Below the pieces are notes generated by a model. The model was not told the DNA's origin. It saw only the letters and a list, made by a program, of their open reading frames with translations, and did no database searches. From contig NC_042998.1 of assembly GCF_006345805.1 (NCBI RefSeq), positions 190,836,001 to 190,900,000 of the forward strand: 64,000 nt of DNA, read 5' to 3'. Made by a program: the position numbers and the translations under genes. Of the stretch, positions 1 through 14,398 are shown piece after piece; position 1 is the first letter of the stretch, and every line of letters starts with the position of its first letter. The stretch is from Octopus sinensis. Lineage: Eukaryota.

Positions 1-48
1 CCTTAATAAATCTCCTTTCCTCTATCTCTCTCTCCTTTTCTCCCTCTT

Positions 49-81
49 ATATTATATATATATATGTATAATATATAATTA

Positions 82-179
<98 letters not shown>

Positions 180-200
180 TGTATATGATATATGTATGTA
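49..200. repeat. (TA)n microsatellite
   Basis: Near-pure TA dinucleotide run. Confidence 0.95.
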
Positions 201-552
201 TATCAGAATGGCAGAGCAGTAAAGTGTACTAAAATAGTGGTTAGAAATTCTCAAGAGAGCTGAACAGCAGAAGGCATTCAGAGAAGACCTCCTACCTCAG
301 ACAAATGTTTTGGCCCTTAACTTCTTACATTCAAGGGGGGCGGGACTGCATCCAGGTCATGTCTGCTGGGTGCCCTTTTGCTGACACATTTTAGCCACTT
401 GAACATTGTACACTTGTGCATTTAAACCGCTTGGAGACAATGACAACTCTTTCACATTCATGAAACTATAGGCAGTGTGGTGTTGAGTTCTTGAAAACTC
501 CAAACAGATGTGTTGAGTGCTTCTTCCTTTGGTTTGTTTTCACTTACTCGAA

Positions 553-690
<138 letters not shown>

Positions 691-2056
691 CATATGATTA
701 GTGACTCTTACAGGTTTAGTTCTGTTACAACCGTGAATAAATTGTTAAAGAGAGCGTAAATGTAAAAAAAATTTTTCTATAAAAGTTACCTCTCATTATG
801 GAAATATTCGTTTTCTTTACGGTATTAAGTATGTTAGTTTATTACTGTTCTTATCGGATTCATCTTCACTCCGATTGTATGCGTGTGTGAGTATATATAT
901 ATATGTTATAGTATATAAAATTTCTGGAGTGGAAGCATTGGTGTAACCTTGATGTTCTTGTGATCTGATGAACCAGCTTTATTTATGAGCACAGATTTGT
1001 AAGTATACAATTGTATAATGCGTAGTATACCTATAAGAGCAGACATGTAAAATAATTTATTGTCCAGTGAAATTGTTATTGCATGATGAAGGCTGCAATG
1101 CGTGGGATCCTTTATTGGCTCGTCACAATGGTACAATGGACTGAGATGGCACAGATATACTACTGATAATTACATTGCAACGTAGAATTGATTCCAGTGG
1201 GATTCTGAAATCATGAAAGGCCACAAAGAGACGGAACGAAACATTTAGTCATATCTCATTTCTGAAATTTCACTAATTTTAGAATTTCATTGTAGTCTAG
1301 ATCATAGGACCCCAGTCTGTTTTGCATTGCAGGCCAGTTTCATGCAAGCCAATTTTCCTATGACCCGGGAGATCACGGACACAACAAAACACACACAAAA
1401 GGGCTTATAGTATATAATATTATTTATAATGAAAAAACACAACGTAGACAGCTATTGTCAAGAAAACAGAAATAAGATTTTAAAATGTATTCCTTCTTTG
1501 CAGATCGGTACCAAAATGATCCACTGTGTGAATGTTGGGGGCCTCCTGATCTACATTATTAAAACATTTTGCTGCAAAGTTAACGACCTGGCTTCGGTTT
1601 CCTCATTAAATGCCTTTCCCATTTATGTAAGCCTACCATTAACTACTACACACCAGTCTCATTTATATGCTCTCCTCATTGCTTGGTGCACTGCCTTCCA
1701 AAATATAATTCTAAAAATCAATTTAAATATAAATGTCATTGTTTTCCCTTTAATTATGTCATAAAATGAAAATTTTTCATTAGTCTATATTTTGTCAGGC
1801 TTTTGACATATTTTTGTCTTTTATTTTACCATTTGTGGTCAAATTGACAACTGTTATATTAGTAACTACTGAGACTATACTTACAGCCCAGTTCTTATTT
1901 AAAATACAAACTAATTAAGCAGAAAATCAATATATATTCGAATAGCCCAACTCCCCATAGCTGTCTTAATTTAACAGCATCGTAGATCTACACATACTTT
2001 AACGTACACATAAATAGACAGAAAAGATAGAAACACACACACACATACACACACAC

Positions 2057-2107
<51 letters not shown>

Positions 2108-3324
2108 CATATAATATGTGTGAAAAATATATAAGTGTAATATATATATATATCCCTCTCTCTCCCTATATATATATATATACATACACACACACGCGTG
2201 CACACACTCACACTCACTCATACGCACTCACGCACACACACCCACTCACAAACACACACAGAGACACACATATACACACGCACATCGAATATTTAGGCTG
2301 TCAGTGCGTGTCTATATCTATAGATTTTTTATTATTTAAAACCGCAACCAAAATAGAAATGAAGATAAAAAATTCATACGTTTTTCAGACCGAAAAATAA
2401 ATGAAGCAGACGTAGCAATGGCCGAATGAGAAGAGAAAGGAATAAATAAATAAAAAAAGGGGAAAAAAACCCTTTGACAAATGATCAAAGCAGGCTTGAG
2501 CGGGTTATTCTATGTTGAGCAGTTCAATAAAAGTGAAGCATTTTCATAGCCATCATCTTACTTTGTAACAAAGATGAGGTTTTCTCCTAAATATGTAAAT
2601 TAATTTTATGAAATTAAATTTCTTGAAATTATCTCCCCTTCGTTTGGGCATTAGTAACACCGACTATTACGTATTTAATTTTTTTTTATCCAACTGGGAA
2701 TGGAATTTCAACTAAATTACAGTTTTTTTACTTACATCATTCAGTAATTATTGATCTAAATTCTTGCCACTGGTCCACTTGAGTTACTTCCCTTTGTCAC
2801 TTTATTTCAAAATTATGCAAATTACTATTGACAAAAAAAAAATCCTTTCTAACAAAATCTTACTTGCAAATCCTACTGTCAATTGGGAAAAACAGTTTTA
2901 ATAAACGACGTTCTGCTGATGAGATTCGATAAGGCCGAAAACTAGTCCTTTACCAAAATTCATTCCATTAGCTCCCGTTTTAATGATTTCTATTAAGTTA
3001 CAGGAAAACATTTTATTCGTTAAAACCATCTTGCCTATCTGTCTATCTATCTATACATATATATATATTGTATTTCGGGATGGTCATTTTTTTTCTCACG
3101 CACTATATATTTGTTCTTCACTCGTTTACTACTGTTCTTATTTTTTTATTTTAACTCATTTCCATTGTCCGGAAATCTTTCGTCACAACACTTTTTCGTC
3201 ACAACTCCTCAGCAACACTTTTCGTTTTCGTGTGTGCTTTTGCTCCACTTACTCCATTCTGTTTTTCTAAGATGTGTATCCTTATGTGCCCCAGTGTTTC
3301 TGTCCTTGTTTGTGTGATGCATGG

Positions 3325-3397
<73 letters not shown>

Positions 3398-4989
3398 CAT
3401 ACATATAAATATGTATATATGTATGTATGTATAATACACACACACACACATACATATACTGGTCAATAAACCGCTGAGTAAACCTATCAATAACGAACCC
3501 TTAATGATTACTCGAAACAGCTGTAAGTCAAATTAAGAGGCGTTTGTAAAAATATTTTTACATATATCAAAAGATAGCTTTGCATCTAATGCGGCCATAT
3601 GACGTTTGGGCGACCAAGTGTAGTAGGTTAGAGAACCGGATGAGCATAAGTCCGCTAGGCATAACAGTTGTCAATAGTACGATATTGAAATCGAGCCAAA
3701 CTAACGTAGCGTGTTTGCAAAATCTTAAGAAAAATTGCTTATATCTCGTCAACAATTATGTGAGAAAGTGACATCATAACATTATACCGTCTTCTCCAAT
3801 ATACATAAACCTCACTCGATATATGAGTTACATTATTAAGAAACATTTTTTAATTATCTGAACATAAACATCTTTCTGGAACGGCGAATGGAACGTCAAC
3901 AAACTTTATCCGTCTGTAAGCTAATAGCAACGAGTGGATAACAAGATAATTATAACGAAAATGCTTCACAATAGCAGAAATGCTTTACATAACCATAAGT
4001 ACGAATTTTACATCCTGTATGGCAATTGTGTTGCCCAAAACATTTACACTGTACAGTTGATTTATACGAAAAAGTTAAAGCTGAGATACGGTAATCTCAT
4101 AAAATAGTTCATATATGATAAATTTATGGTTTCATACTTTACTTCAGTATCCTGCCGCAATATTGAATTTACATGCACAGAATCAGACATTTTATCTCTG
4201 CAAAACCAGTTTAAAATATCTTTCAGTATGTGTGTGATGAAACACGCTGAATTTTATTTTTCTACAAAATATATTCGTAAAAATTTGGTTAGTGTTCTGG
4301 GCCGGCAATGATATGGTGTATGGTCGTGTGTGCATATGTGTGTATGTGTGTATGTATGTATGCATGTATGCATGCGTGTATACATGAGTGTGTGTGTATA
4401 GGGAAAGAAAGAGATGTTTTCTAGTAACGTAATGTCATACAGGTTAATGCATTATATCTTAATCGGTTTGTTATGGCTGCTACCTTCTACTGTAACATTG
4501 GGAACAACCTTGCCTTTCAGTAACAATGCACCTCACCATTGTATTGTATTCCATAATCCTGTTATACAACCCTCATACAATGGCATTAATACGAGTTGTC
4601 AAAGCACCTCCTATATTGTTACTCCAACTACTGTCTAACAAAATAAAGATGTATTACAAATGTAATCCAATCCGATATGTGCTAATAATTAATTCTGAAA
4701 AAAAAAAAAATTTAAAGAATAGCAACAGTCCTCGCTGTTGAAATGTTATTAATAATAAGCCTCAGGTTTTTTCTCGACGAAGATCAAAAAATAGTAATTG
4801 CAACTCCATGTTTGTTCAACACTTGCCAATGAATCTTTCAATATATTGGTACCACATCTGGTACCTATTGTTGCAGTTGGTCAGAGATAGAGCTTTTCTG
4901 TAACAAATTGGGACATACTTTATTGTTTTTCTCCACTCCAATGATGTATGACTGTCTACATGCATACGTGCATATATACAAGCATACAT

Positions 4990-5400
<411 letters not shown>

Positions 5401-5414
5401 CCCATTTTGTATTT

Positions 5415-5448
<34 letters not shown>

Positions 5449-6055
5449 ATGTATGCATACATGTTTGTGTGTATGTGTGTGTGTATGTGTGTGTGTTTGT
5501 GTGTGTGTGTGTGAGAGAGAGAGAGTGCGTGTGTGTTGATATTTAGAATTTACTGTTACTTAGATAAAAGTAGTTTGAGTAATTAGAGGTTGAGGAATTC
5601 CCTGTGTTGGTGAATGGCGTTCCTGTATAACATGAATGTTTCTTTTTATGTTTTGCGATTCAGAGTAGTAGAGCGAATCGGAATTCAATGTACTTTATTT
5701 TAATTTAATTTTATCGTAATTGGAAAACAATAGAATTTGTTGTTTGAGGCTTCCAACTGGTAACTTGGTGCAGAAAGAATACTGCGAAGAATTTCGTTCT
5801 AGAAGGATCGATGTTTCGATTTTCTTGCCTATGTTTTTAATTGTTTGCCGATAAAGATCGGTTAAACACACTCCTGTTGGAGTTGTGTGATTTGACACAC
5901 TGAAACCGCTGTGTGGCTTCTATTCAAAGTGAAAATAGAACATATATCCTCTATTTTATGCTAATGTATTGAGATTTTTCTTCTCTAGGTGTTCATCTGA
6001 CGGACTGCTGACGCACAGTTTCCATAAAACTTGCTTTTGTATTGTTAACATAATA

Positions 6056-6532
6056 AAGACTATATTAGAATATGGCAATGTTAGGTGCAATTCTGAGACA
6101 GTTCTAAAGTTAGGTTTCATATGAGTCTATTTTCAGAGCTAGAGTTTATATAAAGCAGTTTACAATACAAGGTCTTCTTCGAAAGTGTTTCTACGGTCAG
6201 GTTTTATACAAATTATTCCAAAGTTACGCTTTATCTTTTACTAGGTTTTATATCTGTGCGATTCTAGTGCTAGAACAGAACTGAGAAGCTTCAAAAGTTG
6301 GTATCATTTCAGACTATTTCTGAAGTTAGGTTCTAACTGAGAAAGTTTCCAGGGCGAGGTCTTATCTCTGACTGTTCGCATTGTTAGTTCTTATCGAAGA
6401 CTATTTCCAATGCTAAGTCCCACGAGACAGTTTCCCCGAGATATAGCTTAACTGGATACTGTTTACAAAGCTTTACGAAGCATTGCAAAAATTAGATCTT
6501 ATCTTGGACTGTTACCAAAGCTAGGCCAACAT
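6056..6532. repeat. Highly degenerate ~29-bp tandem array (~16 units)
   Basis: Units resembling GAGACTGTTTCCAAAGTTAGGTCTTATCT start at about 6095, 6123, 6152, 6181, 6210, 6283, 6310, 6339, 6368, 6397, 6424, 6454, 6477 and 6506. Confidence 0.75.
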
Positions 6533-6648
6533 GTCTGGCACTGCCCTGCACATTGAAATCTAATACACAATCCATGATGATGAACTATATTTTGGATTAG
6601 CTTTTATTAGTGTTTATTGGTCTTTTACTTGTGTTTTATTGGAGATTA

Positions 6649-6695
<47 letters not shown>

Positions 6696-8486
6696 TGCTT
6701 TTTGAAATTCAATTACCAATGTGATCCGACATTTATTTTAATCTCCATCAATAACTGTCAAGTTGGCATAGTTAAAAATCTTCCTTGTTGGCTGACTGAA
6801 TAAAAAGCTGCACCTCTAGAGTGGACAAACATTCGATTTTATTGTATTGTTTCAGCTATTTTGTATTATGGTAAAAACATTTATATATCTTCCTTGTACA
6901 TGATAACTTCATTATTGTTCTTTTTCATATTATTTCCGATTTACATGTTTTCTTACTTATTTTTGTTTTTGTGTTTACTTTTTTAGATTATCACTATCTG
7001 AACTTCTTAATCTAGAGTCAAGGCAACTGCCTTGGCTGCCATATAACATTACTGGGAAGTTGTTTTAAAATTCGTTTGTATTTTAGCATTAATAAAATTG
7101 TCTATAACTACAATAAAATTGTCTGGACTTTATTGGAAACAAGTTTCGAAAATATAACTCAATATGTGACTGGTATTCATTTAACCAACCTGAAACCACC
7201 ATAAAGCTTCCCAACTTTGCCGAAAATATTTTTCGAGAATAATATTGATTTTTAACGTAGCCCAGGTACGTTATTTATTTTATCGACCTCGAAAGGCTTT
7301 GAACTCAGAGTGTAAATATAAATTACAAATAAATAAATGAAAAATAAATGATCTGATGCTTTACCGAATCTTCCATCTCTCCCAAGAGAATGCATTGTCA
7401 ATAAGGCATTTTATACTAAGATAAGGGGTTGAATACTATTGTGTTTTAAAAACTACCAACGAATTTATGAAGTATGCAGGAGTCATTTAGCCTCTAATTA
7501 AAAGTTAAATCAGCTGTTGATGTACCCACGCTTCAGATTAACACGCTAAGAATTTACTAGTTCATTAAATCTCCGACCAACTACTGATTTCTCTCGAGTG
7601 ACCATCTTACCGATTACACCACAAGGAAGCGTCTATCTGGTTGCTTAGACGATAAAAATTCAAGCTAAACCTCTTTTAGATCATACCATGATAAATATAC
7701 ATTAGCAATGTTCTCTTAAATACTCTCTATCTGAAACAGAAACACGAGATAATTACGGCTGGAATGTCTTTGATCATAGGTTTGTTTGATTAGGTTAGAC
7801 CCTGGGCTAAACAACAACTAATTTCAATCTTCTCTGAGGTGAATATAGTCAAGTACATCAAACATAGACCCTAAACTTATTGAACATCGATAGCCAAAGG
7901 AACTTCAAACAAATCCTGGACATACAATGATAATTACTGTAAAGCCTTTTTAACAATTGCTAATATGTAATTTGGAGAGATTAAACAATTCTCCAAGATC
8001 CTGTAATAGTGTCGCCTCCTGAGTTGTAGAGGTCAAAGAAATCCATAGACAAAGTCCGCAATAGATAGAAAACTTAATTGTTAATAAAATCCTAAAGTCG
8101 TGTTCGAATAAAATGAAATTGTAAAAAAGCTTTGTTGTTTTTTTCTTCTCATAGCGTCTTGTTTACAATGGAAGAATTTTAAAAGAGAAGAATTAACGAT
8201 TGAAAGTCAAGATAAGTTGTTGATAAGAATAGTTCACGAAAAGTCAAAAAGGGCGAAGATTAAAGAACAAAAAAACAAAATGAAGAAAATAAATGTAAAA
8301 TAGTAAGAGCTACCAAGAACATACACACAAAAAAAAAAAGAGTAGAAGTAAGAAAAGAACCAGCTGGATTATGATTTAATTAAATTTTTGCTAATAATAG
8401 TCGCCTTCTGTTTGGTCCGTTTGATAATTTCAATTAGGGTCAGTTGGTGGGTATTGCTGATAATATAATATGATATAATACAATAT

Positions 8487-8526
<40 letters not shown>

Positions 8527-9177
8527 GCGCACACGCACACACAACACACGCACGCACACACAAATCTCATCTGTACTGCTAGTTTTTGGAATTTGATTAT
8601 TAAAGCAATAAAAGAGAGCAAAATGCTGCGAGCTTGTTATTAGGGAGATACTTCAATGTGAGAACACGAAGAGCAGCGGAGCAAATGATGCGAGTTAGGA
8701 GTGTAGACTTAGGAGATGAAGATAGATACACGTTCGCAATAGATAACTTGAGCTGAAAAGATAGCGAGATACCCAAAAAAGATACAGCGCTCATCCACAT
8801 TCACTCGTACACAAACGTGCACACACACATACAACAAGCACACACAAACATATACAGAGAAAAAAAAAGTTCTATTGACAGGCAGTAATTATGAGAATTC
8901 AATACACCGAATTTGGAAAGAAATGATGCAGATTTTAAAAATCAATGTATCGATCTTATTAAGCATGTTTGTTCATTAAAGAAGTAAAAATAAAAGTAAA
9001 AGTTGTGCGTATGGATGGATAAAATTCAGGGCAGTCTTGGTGTGTGGTACTGAAGAAACATCCAACTGAAATACAAGCGATGATCATTCTTTACAAATTC
9101 AAATATATTTGGTATATATACACCAATACACCAATAGCCACATCTATTTGTGCATGGTTACACGCATACACATACAA

Positions 9178-9269
<92 letters not shown>

Positions 9270-9372
9270 ATATATATACATATATATATGTGTGTATGCA
9301 TATGAGGTAAACACATAATTTCGTGTAAACAGCCTTCATAAAATAGATATGGCTTTGTTTGTATGTATGTGT

Positions 9373-9415
<43 letters not shown>

Positions 9416-9882
9416 GACACCTTTATTAGGCAATTTTATATTGTTCTACTGTAAAACAACATATATGGATACACATACATACAAACACAAAAACACTCAT
9501 AAATAAATGTTCTAGGTTGATGATACATCGATACTCAGAGTTCGTATGAACCTGTTGTCCGAAGGAAAGATCACGTTGAGAAACTGAATATCAATGAAGT
9601 GGATAGCCTATTATGTAAAATTAGTTTTATTGCATCATATTTGTATTTTTCTGACACATTTAGACACACAAACGCGCACACATACAAACATACACGCATA
9701 CACACATGTGTGTTCATGTGTGTGTGTTGGTTTAATAAACCATACTCTTATCCATCATGCCCTAAATGATGTAATTTTGTTGTGTGGTGTTTGTAGTCAT
9801 CTCTGCAAATGAATTGGTGGCCTGAAGACTCACATGACGTGTCATCAAATGAAATAAACAAATTATAAATATCGGTTAATAA

Positions 9883-10096
9883 TTTCTAGTATAGGCACAA
9901 AGCAAGAAATATTTGGTGAGAGGGGGCTAGATGATTACATCGATCCAAGTACTTAACTGGTACTTATAGTGTCAACCCCTCGAAAGGATGGAAGGCAAAA
10001 CCAACCTCTGCTGAATTTGAACTCAGATGATAGAGACAGACGAAATACCGCTAAGTATATTTGTTCGGCGTGCTAACGATTCTGCCAGCCCGCCAC
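9883..10096 (-). mobile_element. SINE family A (tRNA-derived), diverged copy
   Basis: Reverse complement carries the head GGCGGGCTGGCAGAATCGTTAGCACGCCG, the B-box-like GAGTTCAAATTC and the shared body. Confidence 0.8.
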
Positions 10097-10577
10097 CTTA
10101 ATATAACAACACTAATATCAGTGCATTGTTGTCCAATTGTGAGTCAGTATTATTTTCCTGTGGGTGCAGGATTTCTCTTTCTGTTGCTATTACTTGACTC
10201 CTAGTGTGGGTTTTAGTATCTTTTTACAGAACGCTCATACGTCATCTTCGACAGGATTCTCCATCATATATATATAAAAATCCCTTATTCCGTTGTCATC
10301 TCATTTTCTTATACATTTGTATACATACATGTGTATGTATACACACGCACAAATATCGTCAGTGGATTATAGAACCGAAAAGAAGCAGACTCGAAAAGTT
10401 TGAGCAGTAATGTATTCATATGAATTTAAATATATGTCCGATCATAGAGTAAGCAATGGCTTCGCATCTATACAGTTAATCGCTTTATGCATACGAAACC
10501 ATTGGCCATGGTCACTCCATGACCGGACATATATTTAGTTTCATGTATATATATGCACAATTACAAAACAGTTAATA

Positions 10578-10975
10578 GGCGCAGGAGTGGCTGTGTGGTA
10601 AGTAGCTTGCTAACCAACCACATGGTTCTGGGTTCAGTCTCACTGCGTGGCATCTTGGGCAAGTGTCTTCTGCTACAGCCCCGGGCCGACCAATGCCTTG
10701 TGAGTGGATTTGGTAGACGGAAACTGAAAGAAGCCCGTCGTATATATGTATATGTGTGTTTGTGTGTCTGTGTTTGTCCCCCCCAAATCGCTTGACAACC
10801 GATGCTGGTGTGTTTACGTCCCCGTCACTTAGCGGTTCGGCAAAAGAGACCGATAGAATAAGTACTGGGCTTACAAAGAATAAGTCCCGGGGTCGATTTG
10901 CTCGACTAAAGGCGGTGCTCCAGCATGGCCGCAGTCAAATGACTGAAACAAGTAAAAGAGTAAAGAGTAAAGAGA
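10578..10975 (+). mobile_element. SINE family B (tRNA head, CORE-like middle, internal TA/TG microsatellite, (GAGTAAA)n-like tail)
   Basis: GGCGCAGGAGTGGCTGTGTGGTAAG head, GGGTTCAGTC B-box-like motif, CTTGGGCAAGTGTCTT CORE-like motif; nearly identical to copies at 17088 and 36656. Confidence 0.9.
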
Positions 10976-11088
10976 GTTACCAATAGTTTCATACTTTTAG
11001 ACACATCAAATGGCAGATATATAACATATCGTGTGTTCCCACGCAGTCTGAAACGTTTAGCAAAGGCAAGTATATGAACGTATATAAA

Positions 11089-11170
<82 letters not shown>

Positions 11171-11329
11171 GCTTCGACGATGAGCATTCATTTGTTCGAT
11201 GAACTGAGCGCTCAACTTGTTACATTAAGTTACATGTGACGGAGTATTCTACTACGAGCACTTTGAAATAAATCCTCAAACCGAGGAAGCTTGGCAGCAT
11301 ATGCAGCAAAACTGGAATTTCTAAATTAC

Positions 11330-11490
11330 ACCCGACAAGCTTCCGCACAGTTTCCATCTTAGTTTTACTCACAATGCACGGATCAATCGAAGTGTATGGT
11401 GAAACACTTGTCCAAGAAGCCATGCATTGGTATCGAAATTCGGACCTTATCATCATGAAGTGAACCGTTAGCCAGCCTGCAATGCCTATG
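11330..11490 (-). mobile_element. Old degenerate SINE relic
   Basis: ACACTTGTCCAAG and ATCGAA motifs are reverse complements of the CORE-like and B-box segments seen in family B. Confidence 0.5.
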
Positions 11491-12597
11491 TCCGCCCTAC
11501 ATTTTCATTACACACACACACACGCACACACACACATACACATATATACACACACAACGTTTATGCGTTGCTTAAATATATATATACATATACATGTAAA
11601 TACATACACATACGCTTATTGTAGAATGGCACATATACTACACATAAACATTCACAATCGTGTAAATATAAATCTTTCAATCTCTGAAAAGAACAATTGA
11701 GAAATTAAATACATAAATGGAATTGACAAAAGGATAAACAGAAACAAACTTTTATGTGGTAAAGGCAATATTTGTATCTATAAGAGATGATTTTAGCATA
11801 AAAAATTATCTCAGCGTAAAACTGCTCGTTGTTTGAAGTTAGTATTGTGATGAGTTATCGAACGATGAACTCTTGTGAAAATAATACTAGCTAGTACGAT
11901 ATAGTTCTAATAGTAATTTAAAAATTATAATTTATCTTGTCGTGTAAATATAGTTATTTGTTAGTTAAGTAGTACCAACGGAACAAATGATCGTATCAAA
12001 TTGATTTTTATGACATGTTGTTAACTTGTTAAGGCAACTTATGGTGATGGATTGTATAGAGAGCCGAGGCATTAACAACTCTGTAGATTTGCCATTAAAC
12101 AAGAAGTCGAAACTGTACACATTCATTTTAACTGACTCATACTGGTAAGTGCTGTCAATATGGCTGTGCTAGTTGAGCTGTTGAATGCAATCGAGCAAGA
12201 CAGCCAATGGAATAGAGTGAAAGGAAATCATATAAGCGTTGTTAGGATTATAATAATCCTTAAAAATGGAGGGGAAAAGCTTGCTGAAGACAATAACAAC
12301 AATTATTGTTGCTGATTACATTTAGTAGACTTGCTTACATTTGTTGATTACCTTTAGTTTGTACTAATTTATTTAGTTGTAGAGACATAAATTTCTCTAT
12401 GTAGACAGCGTCAAGTAGTTTTATAGAGAAAGGTGATGTAATTATTTATTTATACAATGGCTGTGTCCAGAGAACACAATTTTGTTTCTCATCTTCAAAA
12501 GTGAAAGCGTATACCAGAGAATGTTTTGACTGTGCTTTTGAGAGGAGAATCACTTTCTTCACATTTGGGTATATTTCTCCTTTTTGAGTTATATTGA

Positions 12598-12639
<42 letters not shown>

Positions 12640-12929
12640 ATTTATATCATGGGTCAAACATATTTAGCTATTGTATATGCAAAATTATTTTATACATGGC
12701 GTTCTATATCCCTAAATAATATCTTTTTTGTAGGTTTCTTATATTTTGTTGATTGCTTTCAGATTATTTGTTCTGGGTCCGACGTAGCATTTAAAAGAAT
12801 CAGGATTATTTCATTAAATTCTTAATCAAATATTTCACCAAACTAAAAAGCAGAGACAACAATAATTTAAAATATATATATATAAACAGTAAATCATATT
12901 ATGATGAAGAAACAAAATGTGTGGCTTTT

Positions 12930-13060
12930 AGTAAGTTCGCTCTGATTTCAATTCCTGTCAAAGTCAACTTTATTTTCATCTAACCGGTGCCAATAAAATA
13001 AAGTACCAGTGCAGTACTGAAGTTAAGTTAATTAAATTACCCCCATCGCCCCCGATTTTC
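12930..13060 (+). mobile_element. Degenerate SINE family A relic
   Basis: GATTTCAATTCC..AAAGTCAACTTT..AATAAAGTACCAGT match the family A body. Confidence 0.5.
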
Positions 13061-13386
13061 TAGTATTGAGTCTAATTTAAAACCAAACTACGAGAATCAA
13101 ATTAGTTACAGTAGCCAACTGTGCAATAACTGATACTTTACACTTGTAACTGATTTTATATTTTGGGAGACATTACTTGTTTTATATTATATCGTTTTTA
13201 AAGGATGATGATGATATCGGTATAGAAAAGAAAAAACCCAAGAAAATGATTTTGGTTTGAGGTTGATAGGGGAGTTCTTGCAACAGTTTGGGAAACTTAT
13301 AAATTTCAAGATCGAATCTAAATAGAGCAAGGCAAAGTATATGCAATATATGCATATGTACATGTATTCGAACATATATATATATA

Positions 13387-13926
13387 CAGGGTGGCACAAA
13401 AGTAGTTTTACAGTTATTCAACTATCTCTTTCACATTCATATATTAACAGTTTAGATCTTCTGTTGTGTCTGGGGAGAGTCATTTTCTTTTTGTGCCTTA
13501 TAATGTAACACACACACCGGTAAAATTTCCACTTATTTCTTATTTTTATTTTCCTAAAATTTTCGTTGCGTCTTGCAAGTCTTGACTATTGAAAAGGTTG
13601 CAAGACGCAAAGAAAATTTTAGGAAAATAAAAATAAGAAACATGTAGAAATTTTACCGGTGAGTGTGTTACATTATAATGCACAAAAAGAAAATGACTCT
13701 CCCCAGACCTAGCAGTATATGTTTCAACACACAAACTCATATAAAGAATCTTGTAAACCAAATCCAAAAACGAAGTAGTTTAGATCTTAATTGTAAAAAA
13801 GTATGAAACCATTATTCTATGCTAATTTAGTTAATTGCAAGGTAGAAATTTAAATGTAATAAAATACTTTAAAAGAAATTCAAAGTGCCTATGACATAAC
13901 TGTAAACTTAATTTTGGGCCACCTTG
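13387..13926. mobile_element. Tc1/mariner-type MITE with TA TSD, containing an internal foldback
   Basis: Left TA|CAGGGTGGCACAAAAGTAGTTTTACAGTTAT; right end reverse-complements to TA|CAAGGTGGCCCAAAATTAAGTTTACAGTTAT. Confidence 0.85.
13468..13708. repeat. Long near-perfect inverted repeat (~110-bp arms, 19-nt loop)
   Basis: 13468-13578 is the reverse complement of 13598-13708 with few mismatches; flanked by the 12-bp direct repeat AGTTTAGATCTT at 13449-13460 and 13777-13788. Confidence 0.95.
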
Positions 13927-14144
13927 TATATATGTATATACTTGAAAAAAATTAAATTATCTATTCGCACACGACAGATACCCAAACGATTTGGATAAAG
14001 AGGGCAGTTCAATGGTTTACTGCCACTGGGATGCAAGTTGAGATGTGATTAACTCCGACTGGGTCCACTGGGTGAGATGGTCTCATGGTGAAAGACCCCA
14101 GAAACATCACTGATGATGCATCAAAGAGCATCTGCGACATATTT

Positions 14145-14178
<34 letters not shown>

Positions 14179-14359
14179 AATGTATATAATCCAATGACAA
14201 GGATAAAGTAGAGCATAATCGGCCATTAAAAGCAATGTAACACTAGAATTTTCTAAAGTAAGAGAATTTCGATTTCGATCTTATATATGACTACAAAAGA
14301 ATGTAGATAGAGTCAAGCTCGGATGGAACGGCACATTAGGAATACCCTTCGTACCTTCC

Positions 14360-14393
<34 letters not shown>

Positions 14394-14398
14394 CGTAT

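Noticed and set aside
245-520. Faint HDAC-like words (LEILK, VEFLK) and a SWIM-like CxH motif
   Set aside because: They lie in different frames with wrong spacing and missing catalytic motifs; consistent with chance
2915-2948. CTGATGAG..CCGAAAACTAGTC hammerhead-like string
   Set aside because: No pairing for stem I or stem II and an extra A in GAAA; at best a fully decayed relic
6056-6532. CRISPR interpretation of the 29-bp array
   Set aside because: Eukaryotic context, no unique spacers between conserved repeats, no cas genes
11163-11215. GACGATGAGCATTCATTTGTTCGATGAAC hammerhead-like remnant
   Set aside because: Both core segments are mutated; cannot be distinguished from chance
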